From: Eledone cirrhosa
Lineage: Eukaryota
Length of the DNA: 64,000 bases
Reading direction: 5' to 3'
Assembly (NCBI GenBank): GCA_964016885.1
Contig: OZ024744.1
Span: 128,092,001-128,156,000 of the forward strand
A model generated the notes under the pieces. The model ran no database searches. It was not told where the DNA came from and saw only the letters and a program-made list of their open reading frames with translations. Below are positions 25,201 through 38,624 of the stretch, in pieces (position 1 is the first letter of the stretch; each line of letters begins with the position of its first letter). The position numbers and the translations under genes are program-made.

Positions 25201-28200
25201 AAGTTGGGGTTAATTTAAGTTGGGGTTAAGTTAAGTTGGGGTTAAGTTAAGTTGGGGTTAAGTTAAGTTGGGGTTAAGTTAAGTTGGCGTTAATTTAACT
25301 TGGGGTAAAGTTAAGTTGGGGTTAAGTTAAGTTGGGGTTAAGTTAAGTTGGGGTTAAGTCAAGTTGGGGTTAAGTCAAGTTGGGGTTAAGTTAAGTTGGG
25401 GTTAAGTTAAGTTGGGGGTAAGTTAAGTTGGGTGTAACTTAAGTTGGGGTTAAGGTAAAATGTGGTTAAGTTCAGTTGGGGTTAAGTTAAGTTGGGGTTA
25501 AGTTAAGTTGGGGGTAAGTTAAGTTGGGGGCAAGTTAAGTTGGGGTTAAGTTAAGTTGGGGTTAAGTTAAGTTGGGGTTAAGTTAAGTTGGGGTTAAGTT
25601 AAGTTAGGGTTAATTTCATTTGGGGTTATGTTAAGTTGGGGTTAAGTTAAGTTGGGGTTAAGTTAAAGTTGGGGTTAAGTTAAGTTGGGGTAAAGTTAAG
25701 TTAGGGTTAAGTTGAGTTGGGGTTAAGTTAAGTTGGGGTTAAATTAAGTTGGGGTTAAGTTAAGTTGGGGTTAAGTTAAGTTGGGGTTAAATTAAGTTGG
25801 GGTTCAGTTAAGTTGGGGTTAAATTAAGTTGGGGTTAAGTTAAGTTGGGGTTAGTTAAGTTGGGGTTAAGTTAAGTTGGGGTTAAGTTAAGTTGGGGTTA
25901 AGTTAAGTTGGGGTTAAGTTAAGTTGGCGTTAAGTTAAGTTGGGGTTAAGTTAAGTTGGGGTTAAATTAAGTTGGGGTTAAGTTAAGTTGGGGTTAATTT
26001 AAGTTGGGGTTAAGTTAAGTTGGGGTTAAGTTAAGTTGGAGTTAAGTCAAGTTGGGGTTAAGTCAAGTTGCGGTTAAGTCAAGTTGGGGTTAAGTCAAGT
26101 TGGGGTTAAGTTAAGTTGGGGTTAAGTTAAGTTGGGGTTAACTTAAGTTGGGGTTAAGTTGGGGTTAAGTTAAGTTGGGGTTAAATTAAGTTGGGGGTTA
26201 GTTAAGTTGGGGCAAGTTAAGTTGGGGTTAATTTAAGTTGGGGTTAAGTTAAGTTGGGGTTATGTTAAGTTGGGGTTAAGTTAAGTTGGGGTTAAGTTAA
26301 GTTGGGGGTAAGTTAAGTTGGGGTTAAGTTAAGTTGGGGGTAAGTTAAGTTGAGGGTAAGTTAAGTTGGGGTTAAGTTAAGTTGGGGTTAAATTAAGTTG
26401 AGGTTACTTAAGTTGGGGTTAAGTTAAGTTGGGGGTAAGATAAGTTGGGGGTAAGATAAGTTGGGGCTAAGTTAAGTTGGGGCTAAGTCAAGTTGGGGTT
26501 AATTCAAGTTGAGGTTAACTTAAGTTGGGGTTAAGTTAAGTTGGGGTTAAGTTAAGTTGGGGTTAAGGTAAGTTGGGGTTATATTAAGTTGGGGCTATGT
26601 TAAGTTGGGGCTAAGTTAAGTTGGGGCTGAGTTAAGTTGGGGTTAAGTTAAGTTGGGGTTGTGTTAAGTTGGGGTTAAGTTAAGTTGGGATTAAGTTAAG
26701 TTGGGGTTAAGTTAAGTTCGGCTTGAGTTAAGTTGGGGTTAAGTTAAGTTGGGGTTAATTTAAGTTGGGGTTAAGTTAAGTTGGGGTTAAGATAAGTTGG
26801 GGTTGAGTTAATTTGGGGTTAAGTTAAGTTGGGGTTAACTTAAGTTGGGGTTAAGTTGGGGTTGAGTTAAGTTGGGGGTAGGTTAAGTTGGGGGCAAGTT
26901 TAGTTGGGGTTAAGTTAAGTTGGGGTTACGTTAAGTTGGGCGTAAGTTAAGTCGGGGTTAAGTTAAGTTTGGGTTAAGTTAAGTTGGGTTTAAGTTAAGT
27001 TGGGGCTAAGTTAAGTTGGAGCTAAGTTAAGTTGGGGCTGAGTTAAGTTGGGGGTAAGTTAAGTTGGGGTTAAGTTAAGTTGGGGTTCAGTTCAGTTGGG
27101 GTTAAGTTAAGCTGGGGTTAAGTTAAGTTGGGGTTAAGTTAAGTTGGGGTTAAGTTAAGTTGGGGTTAAGTTAAGTTGGGGTTGAGTTAAGTTGGGGTTG
27201 AGTTAAGTTGGGGTTAAGTTAAGTTGGGGTTAAGTTAAGTTGGGGTTAAGTTAAGTTGGGGTTAAGTTAAGTTGGGGGTAAGTTAAGTTGGGGGCAAGTT
27301 AAGTTGGGGTTAAGTTAAGTTGGGGTTAAGTTAAGTTGGGGTTAAGTTAAGTTAGGGTTAATTTCAGTTGGGGTTATGTTAAGTTGGGGTTAAGTTAAGT
27401 TGGGGTTAAGTTAAAGTTGGGGTTAAGTTAAGTTGGGGTAAAGTTAAGTTAGGGTTAAGTTAAGTTGGGGTTAAGTTAAGTTGGGGTTAAATTAAGTTGG
27501 GGTTAAGTTAAGTTGGGGTTAAGTTAAGTTGGGGTTAAATTAAGTTGGGGTTCAGTTAAGTTGGGGTTAAATTAAGTTGGGGTTAAGTTAAGTTGGGGTT
27601 AGTTAAGTTGGGGTTAAGTTAAGTTGGGGTTAAGTTAAGTTGGGGTTAAGTTAAGCTGGGGTTAAATTAAGTTGGGGTTAAGTTAAGTTGGGGTTAAGTT
27701 AAGTTGGGGTTAAGTTAAGTTAGGGTTAATTTCAGTTGGGGTTATGTTAAGTTGGGGTTAAGTTAAGTTGGGGTTAAGTTAAAGTTGGGGTTAAGTTAAG
27801 TTGGCGTAAAGTTAAGTTAGGGCTAAGTTAAGTTGGGGTTAAGTTAAGTTGGGGTTAAATTAAGTTGGGGTTAAGTTAAGTTGGGGTTAAGTTAAGTTGG
27901 GGTTAAATTAAGTTGGGGTTCAGTTAAGTTGGGGTTAAATTAAGTTGGGGTTAAGTTAAGTTGGGGTTAGTTAAGTTGGGGTTAAGTTAAGTTGGCGTTA
28001 AGTTAAGTTGGGGTTAAGTTAAGTTGGCGTTAAGTTAAGTTGGGGTTAAGTTAAGTTGGGGTTAAGTTAAGTTGGGGTTAAGTTAAGTTGGGGTTAATTT
28101 AAGTTGGGGTTAAGTTAAGTTGGGGTTAAGTTAAGTTGGAGTTAAGTCAAGTTGGTGTTAAATCAAGTTGGGGTTAAGTCAAGTTGGGGTTAAGTCAAGT

Positions 28201-29100
28201 TGGGGTTAAGTTAAGTTGGGGTTAAGTTAAGTTGGGGTTAAGTTAAGTTGGGGGTAAGTTAAGTTGGGTGTAAGTTAAGTTGGGGTAAGTTAAGTTGGGG
28301 TTCAGTTCAGTTGGGGTTAAGTTAAGTTGGGGTTAAGTTAAGCTGGGGGTAAGTTAAGTTGGGGTTAAGTTAAGTTGGGGTTAAGTTAAGTTGGGGTTAA
28401 GTTAAGTTGGGGTTCAGTTAAGTTGGGGTTAAGTTAATTTGGGGCTGAGTTAAGTTGGGGTTAAGTTAAGTTCGGGTTGAGTTAAGTTGGGGTTAAGTTA
28501 AGTTGGGGTTAAGTTAAGTTGGGGTTAAGATAAGTTGGGGTTAAGTTAAGTTGGGGTTAATTTAAGTTGGGGTTGAGTTAATTTGGGTTTAAGTTAAGTT
28601 GGCCTTAACTTAAGTTGGGGTTAAGTTAAGTTGGGGGTAAGTTAAGTTGGGGGCAAGTTAAGTTGGGGTTAATTTAAGTTGGGGTTAAGTTAAGTTGGGG
28701 TTAAGTTAAGTTGGGGGTAACTTAAGTTGGGGTTAAGTTAAGTTGAGGGTAAGTTAAGTTGAGGTTAAGTTAAGTTGGGGTTAAGTTAAGTTGGGGGTAA
28801 GTTAAGTTGGGGGTAAGTTAAGTTGGGGTTAAGTTAAGTTGGGGTTAAATTAAGTTGAGGTTAAGTTAATTTGGGGTTAAGTTAAGTTGGGGTTAAGTTA
28901 AGTTGGGGGTAAGATAAGTTGGGGCTAAGTTAAGTTGGGGCTAAGTCAAGTTGGGGTTAAGTCAAGTTGGGGTTAAGTCAAGTTGAGGTTAACTTAAGTT
29001 GGGGTTAAGTTAAGTTGGGGTTAAGTTAAGTTGGGGTTAACGTAAGTTGGGGTTGAGTTAAGTTGGGGCTAAGTTAAGTTGGGGCTAAGTTAAGTTGGGG
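22270..29100 (+). repeat. Higher-order block A, copy 2 (~21.7 kb from copy 1)
   Basis: ACG markers at 22715 and 26928, TTAGCC 24418, TTGGCC 28599; offsets from copy 1 are 21,707-21,754. Confidence 0.8.
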
Positions 29101-32100
29101 CTGAGTTAAGTTGGGGTTAAGTTGGGGTTGAGTTAAGTTGGGGTTAAGTTAAGTTGGGATTAAGTTAAGTTGGGGTTAAGTTAAGTTCGGGTTGAGTTAA
29201 GTTGGGGTTAAGTTAAGTTGGGGTTAATTTAAGTTGGGGTTAATTTAAGTTGGGGTTAAGATAAGTTGGGGTTAAGTTAAGTTGGGGTTAAGTTAAGTTG
29301 GGGTTGAGTTAATTTGGGGTTAAGTTAAGTTGGGGTTAACTTAAGTTGGGGTTAAGTTAAGTTGGGGTTAACTTAAGTTTGGGGTAAGTTAAGTCGGGGT
29401 TAAGTTAAGTTGGGGTTAAGTTAAGTTGGGTTTAAGTTAAGTTGGGGCTAAGTTAAGTTGGGGCTAAGTTAAATTGGGGCTGAGTTAAGTTGGGGGTAAG
29501 TTAAGTTGGGTGTAAGTTAAGTTGGGGTTAAGTTAAGTTGGGGTTAAGTTAAGCTGGGGTTAAGTTAAGTTGGGGTTAAGTTAAGTTGGGGTTAAGTTAA
29601 GTTGGGGTTGAGTTAAGTTGGGGTTGAGTTAAGTTGGGGTTAATTTAAGTTGGGGTTAAGTTAAGTTGGGGTTAAGTTAAGTTGGGGTTAAGTTAAGTTG
29701 GGGGTAAGTTAAGTTGGGGGCAAGTTAAGTTGGGGTTAAGTTAAGTTGGGGTTAAGTTAAGTTGGGGTTAAGTTAAGTTAGGGTTAATTTCAGTTGGGGT
29801 TAAGTTAAGTTGGGGTTAAGTTAAGTTAGGGTTAATTTAAGTTGGGGTTATGTTAAGTTGGGGTTAAGTTAAGTTGGGGTTAAGTTAAGTTGGTGTTAAG
29901 TAAAGTTGGGGTTAAGTTAAGTTGTGGGTTAAGTTAAGTTGGGGTTAAGTTAAGTTGGGGTTAAGTTAAGTTGGTGTTAAGTAAAGTTGGGCTTAAGTTA
30001 AGTTGGGTTTGAGTTAAGTTGGGGCTAAGTTAAGTTAGGGCTAAGTTAAGTTGGGGTTAAGTTAAGTTGGGGCTAGGTTAAGTTGGGTCTAAGTTAAGTG
30101 GGGTTAAGTTAAGTTGGGGTTAAGTTAAGTTGGGGTTAAATTAAGTTGGGGTTAAGTTAAATTGGGGTTAAGCTAAGTTGGGGTTAAGTTAATTTGCGGT
30201 TAAGTTAGGTTGTGGGTTAAGTTAAGTTGGGGGTAAGTTAAGTTGGGGGTAAGTTAAGTTGGGGTTAATTTAAGTTGGGGTTAAGTTAAGTTGGGGTTAA
30301 GTTAAGTTGGGGTTAAGTTAAGTTGGCGTTAAGTTAACTTGGGGTAAAGTTAAGTTGGGGTTAAGTTAAGTTGGGGTTAAGTTAAGTTGGGGTTAAGTTA
30401 AGTTGGGGTTAAGTCAAGTTGGGGTTAAGTCAAGTTGGGGTTAATTCAAGTTGGGGTTAAGTTAAGTTGGGGTTAAGTTAAGTTGGGGGTAAGTTAAGTT
30501 GGGTGTAAGTTAAGTTGGGGTTAAGTTAAAATGTGGTTAAGTTCAGTTGGGGTTAAGTTAAGTTGGGGTTAAATTAAGTTGGGGGTAAGTTAAGTTGGGG
30601 GCAAGTTAAGTTGGGGTTAAGTTAAGTTGGGGTTAAGTTAAGTTGGGGTTAAGTTAAGTTGGGGTCAAGTTAAGTTGGGGTTAAGTTAAGTTAGGATTAA
30701 TTTCAGTTGGGGTTATGTTAAGTTGGGGTTAAGTTAAGTTGGGGTTAATTTAAAGTTGGGGTTAAGTTAAGTTGGGGTAAAGTTAAGTTAGGGTTAAGTT
30801 AAGTTGGGGTTAAGTTAAGTTGGGGTTGAATTAAGTTGGGGTTAAGTTAAGTTGGGGTTAAGTTAAGTTGGGGTTAAATTAAGTTGGGGTTCAGTTAAGT
30901 TGGGTTTAAATTAAGTTGGGGTTAAGTTAAGTTGGGGTTAGTTAAGTTGGGGTTAAGTTAAGTTGGGGTTAAGTTAAGTTGGGGTTAAGTTAAGTTGGGG
31001 TTAAGTTAAGTTGGCGTTAAGTTAAGTTGGGGTTAAGTTAAGTTGGGGTTAAATTAAGTTGGGGTTAAGTTAAGTTGGGGTTAATTTAAGTTGGGGTTAA
31101 GTTAAGTTGGGGTTAAGTTAAGTTGGAGTTAAGTCAAGTTGGGGTTAAGTCAAGTTGCGGTTAAGTCAAGTTGGGGTTAAGTCAAGTTGGGGTTAAGTTA
31201 AGTTGGGGTTAAGTTAAGTTGGGGTTAAGTTAAGTTGGGGGTAAGTTAAGTTGGGTGTAAGTTAAGTTGGGGTTAAGTTAAGTTGGGGTTCAGTTCAGTT
31301 GGGGTTAAGTTGGGGTTAAGTTAAGCTGGGGGTAAGTTAAGTTGGGGTTAAGTTAAGTTGGGGTTAAGTTAAGTTGGGGTTAAGTTAAGTTGGGTTTAAG
31401 TTAAGTTGGAGTTAAGTTAAGTTGGAGTTAAGTTAAGTTGGGGTTAAGCTAAGTTGGGGTTAAGCTAAGTTGGGGTTAAGTTAATTTGGGGCTGAGTTAA
31501 GTTGGGGTTAAGTTAAGTTCGGGTTGAGTTAAGTTGGGGTTAAGTTAAGTTGGGGTTAAGTTAAGTTGGGGTTAAGTTAAGTTGGGGTTAAGATAAGTTG
31601 GGGTTAAGTTAAGTTGGGGTTAATTTAAGTTGGGGTTGAGTTAATTTGGGTTTAAGTTAAGTTGGGCTTAACTTTAGTTGGGGTTAAGTTGGGGTTAAGT
31701 TAAGTTGGGGTTAAGTTAAGTTGGGGGTAAGTTAAGTTGGGGGCAAGTTAAGTTGGGGTTAATTTAAGTTGGGGTTAAGTTAAGTTGGGGTTATGTTAAG
31801 TCGGGGTTAAGTTAAGTTGGGGGTAACTTAAGTTGGGGTTAAGTTAATTTGGGGGTAAGTTAAGTTGGGGTTAAGTTAAGTTGGGGGTAAGTTAAGTTGA
31901 GGGTAAGTTAAGTTGGGGTTAAGTTAAGTTGGGGTTAAATTAAGTTGAGGTTAAGTTAAGTTGGGGTTAAGTTAAGTTGGGGGTAAGATAAGTTGGGGGT
32001 AAGATAAGTTGGGGCTAAGTTAACTTGGGGCTAAGTCAAGTTGGGGTTAATTCAAGTTGAGGTTAACTTAAGTTGGGGTTAAGTTAAGTTGGGGTTAAGT

Positions 32101-35100
32101 TAAGTTGGGGTTAAGGTAAGTTGGGGTTATGTTAAGTTGGGGCTAAGTTAAGTTGGGGCTAAGTTAAGTTGGGGCTGAGTTAAGTTGGGGTTAAGTTAAG
32201 TTGGGGTTGAGTTAAGTTGGGGTTAAGTTAAGTTGGGATTAAGTTAAGTATGGGTTAAGTTAAGTTCGGCTTGAGTTAAGTTGGGGTTAAGTTAAGTTGG
32301 GGTTAATTTAAGTTGGGGTTAAGTTAAGTTGGGGTTAAGATAAGTTGGGATTAAGTTAAGTTGGGGTTAAGTTAAGTTCGGCTTGAGTTAAGTTGGGGTT
32401 AAGTTAAGTTGGGGTTAATTTAAGTTGGGGTTAAGTTAAGTTGGGGTTAAGATAAGTTGGGGTTAAGTTAAGTTGGGGTTAACTTAAGTTGGGGTTAAGT
32501 TGGGGTTAAGTTAAGTTGGGGGTAGGTTAAGTTGGGGGCAAGTTAAGTTGGGGTTAAGTTAAGTTGGGGTTAAGTTAAGTTGGGGGTAAGTTAAGTCGGG
32601 GTTAAGTTAAGTTGGGGTTAATTTAAGTTGAGGTTAAGTTAAGTTGGGGTTAAGGTAAGTTGGGGTTAAATTAATTTGCGGTTAAGTTAGGTTGTGGGTT
32701 AAGTTAAGTTGGGGTTAAGTTAAGCTGGGGTTAAGTTGGGGTAAGTTAAGTTGGGGGTAAGTTAAGTTGGGGTTAAGTTAAGTTGGGGTTAAGTTAAGTT
32801 GGGGTTAAGTTAAGTTGGGGTTAAGTTAAGTTGGGGTTGAGTTAAGTTGGGGTTGAGTTAAGTTGGGGTTAAGTTAAGTTGGGGTTAAGTTAAGTTGGGG
32901 TTAAGTTAAGTTGGGGTTAAGTTAAGCTGGGGTTAAGTTGGGGTAAGTTAAGTTGGGGGTAAGTTAAGTTGGGGTAAAGTTAAGTTGGGGTTAAGGTAAG
33001 TTGGGGTTATGTTAAGTTGGGGCTAAGTTAAGTTGGGGCTAAATCAAGTTGGGGTTAAGTCAAGTTGAGGTTAACTTAAGTTGGGGCTAAGTTAAGTTGG
33101 GGTTAAGTTAAGTTGGGGTTAAGTTAAGTTGGGGTTAAGGTAAGTTGGGGTTATGTTAAGTTGGGGCTAAGTTAAGTTGGGGCTAAGTTAAGTTAGGGCT
33201 GAGTTAAGTTGGGGTTAAGTTAAGTTGGGGTTGAGTTAAGTTGGGGTTAAGTTAAGTTGGGATTAAGTTAAGTTGGGGTTAAGTTAAGTTGGGGTTAAGA
33301 TAAGTTGGGGTTAAGTTAAGTTGGGGTTAAGTTAAGTTGGGGTTGAGTTAATTTGGGGTTAAGTTAAGTTGGGGTTAACTTAAGTTGGGGTTAAGTTGGG
33401 GTTAAGTTAAGTTGGGGGTAGGTTAAGTTGGGGGCAAGTTAAGTTGGGGTTAAGTTAAGTTGGGGTTAAGTTAAGTTGGGTTTAAGTTAAGTTGGGGCTA
33501 AGTTAAGTTGGGGCTAAGTTAAGTTGGGGCTGAGTTAAGTTGGGTGTAAGTTAAGTTGGGGTTCAGTTCAGTTGGGGTTAAGTTAAGTTGGGGTTAAGTT
33601 AAGTTGGGGTTAAGTTAAGTTGGGGTTAAGTTAAGTTGGGGTTAAGTTAAGTTGGGGTTGAGTTAAGTTGGGGTTGAGTTAAGTTGGGGTTAAGTTAAGT
33701 TGGGGTTAAGTTAAGTTGGGGTTAAGTTAAGTTGGGGGTAAGTTAAGTTGGGGGTAAGTTAAGTTGGGGGCAAGTTAAGTTGGGGTTAAGTTAAGTTGGG
33801 GTTAAGTTAAGTTGGGGTTAAGTTAAGTTAGGGTTAATTTCAGTTGGGGTTAAGTTAAGTTGGGGTTAAGTTAAGTTAGGGTTAATTTAAGTTGGGGTTA
33901 TGTTAAGTTGGGGTTAAGTTAAGTTGGGGTTAAGTTAAGTTGGTGTTAAGTAAAGTTGGGGTTAAGTTAAGTTGTGGGTTAAGTTAAGTTGGGGTTAAGT
34001 TAAGTTGGGGTTAAGTTAAGTTGGTGTTAAGTAAAGTTGGGCTTAAGTTAAGTTGGGTTTGAGTTAAGTTGGGGTTAAGTTAAGTTGGGGTTAAGTTAAG
34101 TTGGGGTTAAATTAAGTTGGGGTTAAGTTAAGTTGGGCTTAAGCTAAGTTGGGGTTAAGTAAAGTAGGGGTTAAGTTAAGTTGTGGGTTAAGTTAAGTTG
34201 GGGTTAAGTTAAGTTGGGGTTAAGTTAAGTTGGGGTTAAGTTAAGTTGGGGTTAAGTTAAGCTGGGGTTAAGTTGGGGTAAGTTAAGTTGGGGTTAAGTT
34301 AAGTTGGGGTTAAGTTAAGTTGGGGTTAAGTTAAGTTGGGGTTAAGTTAAGTTGGGGTTGAGTTAAGTTGGGGTTGAGTTAAGTTGGGGTTAAGTTAAGT
34401 TGGGGTTAAGTTAAGTTGGGGTTAAGTTAAGTTGGGGTTAAGTTAAGTTGGGGTTAAGTTAAGTTGGGGGTAAGTTAAGATGGGGGCAAGTTAAGTTGGG
34501 GTTAAGTTAAGTTGGGGTTAAGTTAAGTTGGGGTTAAGTTAAGTTGGGGTTAAGTTAAGTTGGGGTTAAGTTAAGTTGGGGTTAAGTTAAGTTAGGGTTA
34601 ATTTCAGTTGGGGTTATGTTAAGTTGGGGTTAAGTTAAGTTGGGGTTAAGTTAAAGTTGGGGTTAAGTTAAGTTGGGGTAAAGTTAAGTTGGGGTTAAGT
34701 TAAGTTGGGGTTAAATTAAGTTGGGGTTCAGTTAAGTTGGGGTTAAATTAAGTTGGGGTTAAGTTAAGTTGGGGTTAGTTAAGTTGGGGTTAAGTTAAGT
34801 TGGGGTTAAGTTAAGTTGGGGTTAAGTTAAGTTGGGGTTAAGTTAAGTTGGCGTTAAGTTAAGTTGGGGTTAAGTTAAGTTGGGGTTAAATTAAGTTGGG
34901 GTTAAGTTAAGTTGGGGTTAATTTAAGTTGGGGTTAAGTTAAGTTGGGGTTAATTTAAGTTGGAGTTAAGTCAAGTTGGGGTTAAGTCAAGTTGGGGTTA
35001 AGTCAAGTTGGGGTTAAGTCAAGTTGGGGTTAAGTTAAGTTGGGATTAAGTTAAGTTGGGGTTAAGTTAAGTTGGGGTTAAGATAAGTTGGGGTTAAGTT

Positions 35101-38100
35101 AAGTTGGGGTTAATTTAAGTTGGGGTTGAGTGAAGTTCGGGTTAAGTTAAGTTCGGGTTGAGTTAAGTTGGGGTTAAGTTAAGTTGGGGTTAAGTTAAGT
35201 TGGGGTTAAGTTAAGTTGGGGTTAAGATAAGTTGGGGTTAAGTTAAGTTGGGGTTAATTTAAGTTGGGGTTGAGTTAATTTGGGTTTAAGTTAAGTTGGG
35301 CTTAACTTAAGTTGGGGTTAAGTTGGGGTTAAGTTAAGTTGGGGTTAAGTTAAGTTGGGGTTAAGTTAAGTTGGGGGTAAGTTAAGTTGGGGGCAAGTTA
35401 AGTTGGGGTTAATTTAAGTTGGGGTTAAGTTAAGTTGGGGTTATGTTAAGTTGGGGTTAATTTAAGTTGGGGTTAAGTTAAGTTGGGGGTAACTTAAGTT
35501 GAGGGTAAGTTAAGTTGAGGGTAAGTTAAGTTGAGGGTAATTTAAGTTGAGGTTAAGTTAAGTTGGGGTTAAGTTAAGTTGGGGGTAAGTTAAGTTGGGG
35601 GTAAGTTAAGTTGGGGTTAAGTTAAGTTGGGGTTAAATTAAGTTGAGGTTAAGTTAAGTTGGGGTTAAGTTAAGTTGGGGTTAAGTTAAGTTGGGGGTAA
35701 GATAAGTTGGGGCTAAGTTAAGTTGGGGCTAAGTCAAGTTGGGGTTAAGTCAAGTTGAGGTTAACTTAAGTTGGGGTTAAGTTAAGTTGGGGTTAAGTTA
35801 AGTTGGGTTTAAGGTAAGTTGGGGTTAAGTTAAGTTGGGGCTAAGTTAAGTTGGGGCTAAGTTAAGTTGGGGCTGAGTTAAGTTGGGGTTAAGTTGGGGT
35901 TGAGTTAAGTTGGGGTTAAGTTAAGTTGGGATTAAGTTAAGTTGGGGTTAAGTTAAGTTCGGGTTGAGTTAAGTTGGGGTTAAGTTAAGTTGGGGTTAAT
36001 TTAAGTTGGGGTTAAGTTAAGTTGGGGTTAAGATAAGTTGGGGTTAAGTTAAGTTGGGGTTAAGTTAAGTTGGGGTTGAGTTAATTTGGGTTTAAGTTAA
36101 GTTGGGGTTAACTTAAGTTGGGGTTAAGTTAAGTTGGGGTTAAGTTAAGTTGGGGGTAAGTTAAGTTGGGGGCAAGTTGAGTTGGGGTTAAGTTAAGTTG
36201 GGGTTAAGTTAAGGTGGGGGTAAGTTAAGTTGGGGGTAAGTTAAGTTGGGGTTAAGTTAAGTTGGGGTTAAGTTAAGTTGGGTTTAAGTTAAGTTGGGGC
36301 TAAGTCTAGTTGGGGCTAAGTTAAGTTGGGGCTGAGTTAAGTTGGGGTTAAGTTAAGTTGGGGTTGAGTTAAGTTGGGGTTAACTTAAGTTGGGGTTAAG
36401 TTGGGGTTAAGTTAAGTTGGGGTTAAATTAAGTTGGGGGTTAGTTAAGTTGCGGCAAGTTAAGTTGGGGTTAATTTAAGTTGGGGTTAAGTTAAGTTGGG
36501 GTTATGTTAAGTTGGGGTTAAGTTAAGTTGGGGTTAAGTTAAGTTGGGGGTAAGTTAATTTGGGGCTGAGTTAAGATAGGGTTAAGTTAAGTTCGGGTTG
36601 AGTTAAGTTGGGGTTAAGTTAAGTTGGGGTTAAGTTAAGTTGGGATTAAGTTAAGTTGGGGTTAAGATAAGTTGGGGTTAAGTTAAGTTGGGGTTAATTT
36701 AAGTTGGGGTTGAGTTAAGTTCGGGTTAAGTTAAGTTCGGGTTGAGTTAAGTTGGGGTTAAGTTAAGTTGGGGTTAAGTTAAGTTGGGGTTATGTTAAGT
36801 TGGGGTTAATTTAAGTTGGGGTTAAGTTAAGTTGGGGGTAACTTAAGTTGAGGGTAAGTTAAGTTGAGGGTAAGTTAAGTTGAGGGTAAGTTAAGTTGAG
36901 GTTAAGTTAAGTTGGGGTTAAGTTAAGTTGGGGGTAAGTTAAGTTGGGGGTAAGTTAAGTTGGGGTTAAGTTAAGTTGGGGTTAAATTAAGTTGAGGTTA
37001 AGTTAATTTGGGGTTAAGTTAAGTTGGGGTTAAGTTAAGTTGGGGGTAAGATAAGTTGGGGCTAAGTTAAGTTGGGGCTAAGTCAAGTTGGGGTTAAGTC
37101 AAGTTGAGGTTAACTTAAGTTGGGGTTAAGTTAAGTTGGGGTTAAGTTAAGTTGGGGTTAAGGTAAGTTGGGGTTAAGTTAAGTTGGGGCTAAGTTAAGT
37201 TGGGGCTAAGTTAAGTTGGGGCTGAGTTAAGTTGGGGTTAAGTTGCGGTTGAGTTAAGTTGGGGTTAAGTTAAGTTGGGATTAAGTTAAGTTGGGGTTAA
37301 GTTAAGTTCGGGTTGAGTTAAGTTGGGGTTAAGTTAAGTTGGGGTTAATTTAAGTTGGGGTTAAGTTAAGTTGGGGTTAAGATAAGTTGGGGTTAAGTTA
37401 AGTTGGGGTTAAGTTAAGTTGGGGTTGAGTTAATTTGGGGTTAAGTTAAGTTGGGGTTAACTTAAGTTGGGGTTAAGTTAAGTTGGGGTTAAGTTAAGTT
37501 GGGGGTAAGTTAAGTTGGGGGCAAGCTAAGTTGGGGTTCAGTTAAGTTGGGGTTAAGTTAATTTGGGGCTGAGTTAAGTTGGGGTTAAGTTAAGTTCGGG
37601 TTGAGTTAAGTTGGGGTTAAGTTAAGTTGGGGTTAAGTTAAGTTGGGGTTAAGTTAAGTTGGGGTTAAGATAAGTTGGGGTTAAGTTAAGTTGGGGTTAA
37701 TTTAAGTTGGGGTTGAGTTAACTTGGGTTTAAGTTAAGTTGGGCTTAACTTAAGTTGGGGTTAAGTTAAGTTGGGGTTAAGTTAAGTTGGGGGTAAGTTA
37801 AGTTGGGGGCAAGTTAAGTTGGGGTTAATTTAAGTTGAGGTTAAGTTAAGTTGGGGTTAAGTTAAGTTGGGGGTAAGTTAAGTTGGGGGTAAGTTAAGTT
37901 GGGGTTAAGTTAAGTTGGGGTTAAATTAAGTTGAGGTTAAGTTAATTTGGGGTTAAGTTAAGTTGGGGTTAAGTTAAGTTGGGGGTAAGATAAGTTGGGG
38001 CTAAGTTAAGTTGGGGCTAAGTCAAGTTGGGGTTAAGTCAAGTTGGGGTTAAGTCAAGTTGAGGTTAACTTAAGTTGGGGTTAAGTTAAGTTGGGGTTAA

Positions 38101-38624
38101 GTTAAGTTGGGGTTAAGGTAAGTTGGGGTTAAGTTAAGTTGGGGCTAAGTTAAGTTGGGGCTAATTTAAGTTGGGGCTGAGTTAAGTTGGGGTTAAGTTG
38201 GGGTTGAGTTAAGTTGGGGTTAAGTTAAGTTGGGATTAAGTTAAGTTGGGGTTAAGTTAAGTTCGGGTTGAGTTAAGTTGGGGTTAAGTTAAGTTGGGGT
38301 TAATTTAAGTTGGGGTTAAGTTAAGTTGGGGTTAAGATAAGTTGGGGTTAAGTTAAGTTGGGGTTAAGTTAAGTTGGGGTTGAGTTAATTTGGGGTTAAG
38401 TTAAGTTGGGGTTAACTTAAGTTGGGGTTAAGTTAAGTTGGGGTTAAGTTAAGTTGGGGGTAAGTTAAGTCGGGGTTAAGTTAAGTTGGGGTTAAGTTAA
38501 GTTGGGTTTAAGTTAAGTTGGGGCTAAGTTAAGTTGGGGCTAAGTTAAGTTGGGGCTAAGTTAAGTTGGGGCTAAGTTAAGTTGGGGCTGAGTTAAGTTG
38601 GGGGTAACTTAAGTTGGGTATAAG

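Noticed and set aside
30331-30340. Palindrome AAGTTAACTT as an inversion point or terminator
   Set aside because: It results from a single G>C substitution, and the array orientation is unchanged on both sides.
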